64,000 nucleotides of DNA, taken from Octopus sinensis. Lineage: Eukaryota. A program made the position numbers and the translations under genes. This document shows, piece by piece, positions 52,516 to 60,800 of the stretch (positions within the stretch are counted from its first letter, which is position 1; each line of letters begins with the position of its first letter). The DNA lies in NCBI RefSeq assembly GCF_006345805.1, contig NC_043016.1, forward strand, positions 5,890,001-5,954,000, in the 5' to 3' direction. The notes under the pieces were generated by a model that saw only the letters and a list, made by a program, of their open reading frames with translations, searched no databases and was not told the DNA's origin.

Positions 52516-54853
52516 GAGTGTGAGAGTGTGTGTGTGCATGTGTGTGAGTGTGACCTTGTTTTGACATTGCGTGATAGCTGTAAATGATTGTCACTGTCAT
52601 ACAAGCAGTGTCGTTCATTTCCAACATTCTGCTGCTGGTGATAACATCAGTGCACATATGTTTATATAACACACACACACACACACAGATCTTCCAGTTT
52701 CTGTCTATGAAATTTACTCACAAGGCTTTTGGTCAGCCAGGGGCTATAGTAGCAGACCCCTGCCAAGGTATCGCATAGTGGAGCTGAACCTGAAACCATG
52801 TGATTGAGAAGCAATTTTCTTAATGACACAGCCCCATATATACACCTATGATGAAGATGATAATTTAGTTTGAGAGCAAGGTGAATCCTCTTACCTGGAT
52901 TTTCAAGTTTGTAATAAGATTCTGGTTCGACATGCTTATCGTGGCTGTATTCCAAGGTAAGACGTTCTGTTAATATCTGAAACACACAAAGACAAAATCC
53001 ATTAATCTGTTTGCATAAATGGTAATTGCTGTAAACAGGTGCAGGCAAACTTCTTCCATCATAGACCCCTTGATGGAATTGTTGATATCTTATTGACCCC
53101 CACCACTTCCATAATTTTAAAAAATAAAAAAAAGAATAATTAAAATTTTAAGTGCTCTGAGGCTTGCATTTCCCCCTGCTTCTACCTCTTCACTTCTTTT
53201 CTCTACTGTTAAGAGAGTCAGAAAAAAAAAGAAAATAAGAAAAGAAAAATCCATCATATATAATCAAATCGTATACAATCAAATATAATTCCAGCTAGTC
53301 TCATGATACCAAGGTATCCAGTATTGAGAAGCTCAAATAAGAGTGAAATTTATTCCTAACTCCAGCTGCTGTAATCAACTCATCGAATTTCTTGAGGATA
53401 TTACCCGAATCACTGATCACAGATCCTGGGTGGATGTTGTTTACCTGGACTTTGCCAAGGCTTTTAATTCTATGCCACACAAAAGACTTATGGTGAAACT
53501 CTCTGCAATGGGTGTAAGAGATGATCTCTATAACTGGTTGAAGTCCTTCATTATCGGCCGAATAGAGGTTGTCACAGTTCTAGGACAGCACACTTCACCC
53601 TATGAGAAGTACCAGTTGAGCACTGGGGTCAATTTAACTTAACCTTCGACCCTGAAACTGCTGGCCTTGTGCCAAAATTTGAAATCGATATTAGGACAAG
53701 GAGACACAGACACACAAAAACCCAAAGAACAAACCAAATAAAAGTAATATTAAAATGACTTACCTCAAACAAAACATTGTAAGTGGCTATTGTAATGGAG
53801 TGTATGTTGAGCATCAGTCTTTCTCCGATGAGAGAAAACAGGTTGTGTGGGTTCATTGCATCATACTTGCGCCTGAAACAGACGAGAAAATAATCAGGTT
53901 TTAGGAGGGTTAGGTCCATAGCAGTTAACTAATTTGTTCTATTCACCATTTTTTAACATCCATATTCCATGCTGGCATAGACTGGACAGTTTGATGGCAA
54001 CATGCTCCAGTATCTGCTCTGGCATGATTTCTACAGCCAACCATTTTACATACAGGGTGCCTTATCCATGCTACCAGTACTAGTCAGGTCACCATGCAGT
54101 TTGCAGGACAATGAACCCCATGTCAGTGATTTATGCAAGGAAATGAATAGTTAAAGTATGAGAGAAGGGGCCAGAGCAAAACAGGCTTCATGCTGTAAAG
54201 TAGCCATAAGGGTACACACATTAGAAAAATGTGGATAAGGTTAGGGTACAATTAAGATGGAACAGTTTGACAAGATTGGACAAATCCAAGGACTGCATCC
54301 ACTGTATGTATTGGTATGGTTTTTTATAGATGAATGCCCTTCCTGAAGCCTACTTCTTTACAGCATGAACTGAGTGCAATATTTGGGCCACCAGCACCAG
54401 TGAGGTTGCAATACAAGATAACGAACCATGAAAGGGTAGCTTTACACTAGCAGGCGAGAGGCTAGTGAGTTTTGGAGAGTGTGGATAATGTGCATTTGCA
54501 CATATGCCTTTGCATGCCATACATGGATTTCAGCATTAAAACTACTTGCACTGTACTTTCAAAAATTTTCAGAATAAATCCTTTACTTGAAAAACAGGTG
54601 ATGGTTAGCAACCAGGGTAACATCATCATTACCATCATCATCATTATCATTTAATATCAACTTTGCCATGCTTGCATGGATAGGACAGAATTAACTGAGG
54701 CAGATTTTCCATGGCCAGATACCCTTCCTGATGCCAACCCTCACCTGTTTCCAAGCAAGTTAATATTTCTCCATGATCAGAACATGTTTTCACAGAAGAC
54801 TGGTGACACTTGCTTACAACCGCCACATTATGACAGAACAAGGAGGTACAAAC

Positions 54854-54884
<31 letters not shown>

Positions 54885-57800
54885 TAACTTTTTTCAGTTG
54901 CCATCCATCTCCCAGATTCATTCACAATACGTTAGTTAGCCTGGGGCTATTGTAGAAGGCACTCAAGCTACCATACAGTGCAGGACTGAACTTAAAACCA
55001 TGAGCTTAACTCCACAGCCTATGCAAACATTACACAACATGAAACAAACACCGTTTGTATATTATATTCTGAAAGGAGCCAAATAAAGTTTATGGAACAC
55101 TTACTTGTGTGTACTGCGCATCAGGAAGAAACCCAAAAGCTTCAATGCTTGAATGCGAAGCGGCTCATTTGGTGATGCCAAAAGTTTGAATACAGTTCTG
55201 AAATTGTAAATAAATAGCAAAATTTTCAAAATAATCGCAACTGGATTGTTTCTACTACCTTGCTAAAAGCTATGGTTGAAACTAGATTGGTTCTATCCAA
55301 CTTAGTAGAAGCTATAGAGTTGGTACACAAAATTTTCTGTTGATCATCAAGCATCAGCTTATGGTATCACAAAATTCAAACTCATCTATTCATAATTACA
55401 TTAATCTGATGTTTCCTATATTGACGAAAGCACACGACATACAAAGCCAACATAAATGTCAAGGTACTTTTCAGCATCCTAACTTGTTGACCCTTTTGTT
55501 ACAATACTTCAGTTGAAGTAATTGGAATATGCAGCATTTTTTGAAATGCACTTGTCAACCAAAGGATGAAATCTAAGACCTGTCATTTAGGGTTTTTAAT
55601 GTCCATTCCTTCATCCGTGAATAGGATGGACAGAATTTGTGAGGCAGAATGCCCTTACTGATACCCTCACTTGCTTCCAAGTAAGGAAATATTTTCCCAT
55701 GACCAGATGTGTTCATGGAAGATTGCAAACAAAACAACACTTGTTTACGACAAAAGTGTGATGTCAACAAACAAACATCAACTAACATATACACACGCAT
55801 ATATATATATATATATATAATAGAAATATTAAAATTACTAAGTCTCTCTATACATATATCATCATCATCATCATCGTTTAACGTCCACTTTCCATGCTAG
55901 CATGGGTTGGACGGTTCGACTGGGGTTTGGGAAGCCAGAAGGCTGCACCAGGCTCCAGTCTGATCTGGCAGTGTTTCTACAGCTGGATGCCCTTCCTAAC
56001 GCCAGCCACTCCGTGAGTGTAGTGGGTGCTTTTTACGTGCCACTGGCACAGGTGCCAGGCAACGCTGGCAACGGCCACGATCGGTTGGTGCTTTTTACAT
56101 GCCACCGGCACGGAGGCCAGTCGAGGCAGCGCTGGCAACAGCCACATTCGGATGGTTCTTTTACGTGCCACCGACATTGGTATCACAACTGCAATTTCCA
56201 TTGATTTTTGATCGATTTCAATTTCACTTGCTTCAACAGGTCTTCGCAAGCAGACCTGTTATATATATATATGCAATAGGCTTCTTTCAGTTTCCATCAA
56301 CCAAATCCACTCACAAAGCTATGATTGGCCTGCAGCTGTAGTAGAAAACACTTGCTTATGGTGCCACACAATGTAACTGAAGCAGAAATCATGTGGTTGC
56401 GAAGCAAACTTCTTACCACTTAGCCACGCCTGTGCCGTTGGTTGAAAGTAGAGCAATTAGTGTAGAAGATACAACATATTAGCCATTCAAAAGCACACAA
56501 AGACTGTTAATTTCACTTAAACATTGCACCAACTGCAGCCTACTTACTGATACACTTCCATTGTTACTGGTTTGAGACAAGGAACTTCACTTCACTGAAC
56601 CCAAATGGATGAAAGGTAAATGACACAGCTGTCATTTTGAGAAAAAAATCTTATTACCCTAGGTTTACTTTTAGAAAAATATTTCCAAGAATTTTAATTC
56701 TTACCTTATTCCATTTTTCTTGTCAAATGATGGAACCATTGATGAGGGATGCTGTGCCATCAGAGTGACTAAAAGCATTAAAACATCCATCAAATTGTCG
56801 TCCTGAGTGAAAGAGAAAGAATTTCAGATTAAAAATTAATCCTGTTCCAATACATATAGGGTTTGTTCTACAGTGCATACTGCACTCAACTCAGCCAACA
56901 GACATCACACTCATCGAAGATGTCGCACTCAAAAATCACACTCCGTGAAAGTCACACTCAACAGGCCAAAGGCATAACACTCAATAAAAGCTCCCATTAA
57001 CACAGACTTGAACCAACATATGGATTAAGTTGGGGCTTATACAAATTTCTAAGGTGTTTAGACAAATGAAAGTACAAGGGTTACCACCATGGTGCCATCA
57101 ATTGGCTGCAGAGTTTACACTCAACTGTTCCCTGGCACTCATTTTCAGTGGAGTGGACTGGGTTATAGTGAAATGAAGTGTCTTGCTCAAGGACATAATG
57201 TATTGTGTTTTTGGCCTATGCTGAGTGTAACAAGAATCAAATCATATCTTATCACTCATGAGCTACATACTTTAACAACTAGACCGTGCACATTCATAAT
57301 TACACTACATAAACCTCTTATACACTGCAACAATGAAAATGAAGCTGTAATGGGGACAAGAGGTTTGCACCTGGTACTTCCTACACTACACACTCCATAT
57401 GACAAAATAATCAAAGGGGTTGTATTTTATGGTCGCAAGGTTAGGGTACTGTGACAAGCACAACAAAAGGTGAATCTTTGTGGCTTTATCTTGGACTCGT
57501 TTCAGCCCTTGTGGCCAATCTGGACTTACAAAGACTAAAACCTGGGCTGACCAAAACCTTGTAGATGAATTGCATAGGCAGAAACCGTACCCCCAGTACT
57601 TACTCTATCTGCTCTTTTGTTGAACCACTAACTTATGGGGATGTAAACAAACACTGGTTATCAGGCAGTGGGGGGGGTGATCTAAGTGTCTCACCATGTT
57701 CTAAGGATAATTGTGGAGATCACCTTCCTATAGAAAACCTGACCATTGATGCTTGGGGGTTTCCCCCACACAATCTATCAAAACCCCAGTCTTAGCAGCC

Positions 57801-60800
57801 TCTTCAATGGCTGTTGTCATTCCTGAGTTAATCTGTCGTTTGACAGAATGTTGGATGTCTAAAATCACTTGTCTCATCAAGCAAGTTTGATTGTGTTCAG
57901 CAGGTGCAGATGTAGCTATGTGGCTGAGAAGTTTACTGGCCAACCACAAAATACAAATATATGTGTGTGTATATATGGGAAACTACCACCTGTCATCTCT
58001 TGTGAAAGGTAGAAGAGTCCAGTTTGCTGGACATTGTTGTAGAGCTGAAAACAAAGCAATTTCTACTCTTCTCCTCTGGAAGCCATCTACTCGCAATACC
58101 AGAGGGCACACACTCTCCTACCCTGATGTAATCTTCAGGGATACAGGCATCCAGCAACAGGACCTCTGTAATGCTATGATGGACCGTGAAGTCTGGAGTA
58201 GCATAGTAAATTCCATTGTCTCGACAACAGTCAAACAATGATGATGATGATGATGATTGGGTTTAATCCTGCTGTATAGCACCTCGAGATTATGTCTTTT
58301 ACTATAGTGCTGAGCTAACCAAAACCTTGATAGGATATGGGGAAACAAAGTGAAAGAAGCCCATCATGTACACATACATAGACAAACATTGTGTGTTTGT
58401 GTCTCTCCTTGTTTTGACAGCCTGCGACAGCTGTAAATGAGTGTCACTGCCATATAAACAGTGTCCTTTCCTCTCCCCTCTCTCTCTTTTGGAGAGGCAC
58501 TGAGCAGCTATACGCACACATACACACACGACAGTAACTTCCACCTACCGAATTCAATCACAAAGCTCCGGTCGGCTCGGGGCTATAGTGGAAGACACCT
58601 ACCCAAAGTGCCACGCAGTGGGACTGAACCCGAAACCATGTAGCTAGGAAGCAAGCTCCATAACCACACAGCCATGCCACTTCATTTCCAATATTCTGCC
58701 AAGACATGTCTGGCCAAGGGGTAATACTATTTTCCCTTGAAACAGATAGGCATCTGGCCATAGAAACAGGAAAAGCATCTGGCCATAGAAACAGGAAAAG
58801 CATCTGGCCATAGAAAATTTGCATCAACAAACTGAGCTTTGCAAGCACAGAAAAATGGATGTTAAAACAATGATTATACTGGTCTAACTGCATTTTCACG
58901 AAAACCTTTGCTTCTTAATAGGACTGGGAGACGTACAAAGTTAAGAGTTGAACCCACCTCATGTAATGTGGTCAGATAATTTAAGATACTCTGGAGTTCA
59001 TCTTCCAAAATTCCTTGACCCTTGCGGATTAGTTCTTTGACATAGAGAAGCATGAAAGACCTTAGTTTAATGATTTCATCTCTTGTTGGCCTTGGACCAT
59101 CTGAAATTTCAAATATAAATCAGAAGTTTTGAAAATTTAATAAAATATCATTTATAAGTATTAATTTTAGATTCATGGAAGAAAGGAAAGGTATATCTCA
59201 GTGAATTGTGTTAATTCTGAAATAGCAGCCAGTTGCAAACATAGTCAGAGTATGATATGACATGTAATACACTCCTTCACTACTTCACATTTGAAATTTG
59301 AGTGATGTATCATTCCGGCAGTTCAGGCAGAACTAAAGCCAGTGAGAGACAAAACATATATATATATAAATGTGTGTGAGTGCAGGTATGTTTGTATTTC
59401 ATTGTCTTGATATTGCATGTTAGTTTCATAAAATATCATTTATAAATGTTGATTTTAGATTTAGGGAAGAAAAATAAGGTATATCTCAGTGAATAATGTT
59501 TATTCTGAATTAGCAACCAGTTGCAAACACATTCAGAGTATGGTATGGCAATACGCTCCTTCACTACTTCACATTTGATGGGTAGGGGGCTCCAAAAGGG
59601 ATCTCAAGGAGTAGTACCACTGCCTTCCTGAGCTAGTTTTCCACCACATTTCTTAAAAATCATGGTAGAGGCCTTGGTCTCAGGACCACTCCTGTCTAGA
59701 AACTGAGGTTGGGGGTAAGCAAGGGCATGCTCCCTGTAGAAAATCCAGCTCCAAAAAAAACTCATGATAATAGCAAAGGAGAATGGGCACCAGCCAGTCC
59801 AAAGGTTGGGGTGGGCTATGCCTGCCTACCTTTGTAGGTGCATGACTTGCCTTATGATGGCCAACGGCCTGAGGAGAATCTTGGGGTGAGGCTGGGAAGT
59901 TGGAATGTGGGTAGTCTGTGTGGAAGGGGAACTGAGGTATGTGAGGAATTGAGGAAGAGGAGGGTGGATGTGTGTTGTGTACCAGAGGTTAGGTGGAGGG
60001 ACCAGGGTGCAAGATTTGTGGGGGTCAAGGGAAGAAGGTACATGTTGTGGTGGTTGGAAAATAGCAGGGGGACTAGAGGTGTGGGAGTTTTGGTGAAGGA
60101 AGAAATCTATTTTGGAAATGGAAGGAGGAGTTTGAAAGCAAGGATTTGAAGGTAAACCTCAGGAAGACAAAGGTGATAGTGAGTGGGGTGGATGGAGAAG
60201 TGTTAGTGAGTAAGGTGGATCCATGTGGTGTATGTGGCAGGAGGGTAATAACAAATGTAGTGTTGTGTACGAGATGTAAGAAATGGATCAATGGTAGATG
60301 TACGAAAATGAAGAAAGTGACCCCAAGACCGGCAAGAGAGTTTGTTTGTGGAAGATGTGAGAAAGGAGCTGAAGGGCTGGCAAAGTCAGTGGAAACACTA
60401 TGTGACGAGGAGGAGACAGTGAGGGGGGTTTGTTATTTGTGGATGTGAAGCAGCTGTGACAGCAAGAGCAAGACTTGGCTGGGTGAAGTTCAGGGAATGT
60501 GGAGCATTGTTATATGGGAAAAGGGTCTCATTGAAGACGAAAGGAAGGGTCTATAGGAGTAGTGTGAGAGCTGCAATGCTGTATGAGAGTGAGACATGGT
60601 GTCTGAGAGGGGAGAGAGATGGTAATTTTGAGAAGGAATGAGAGAGCAATGATGAGAGAAATGTGTGGCATGAGGCTGTTTGATAAGGGGAGGACTGAGG
60701 ACTTGATGGGGATGCTGGGGTTGGAGGAATCGAAAGGGCGAATGGAGTGCAGTGGTATGGGCAGGTATTGAGGAGGGATGAAGAGCATGTTCTGAAGAAG

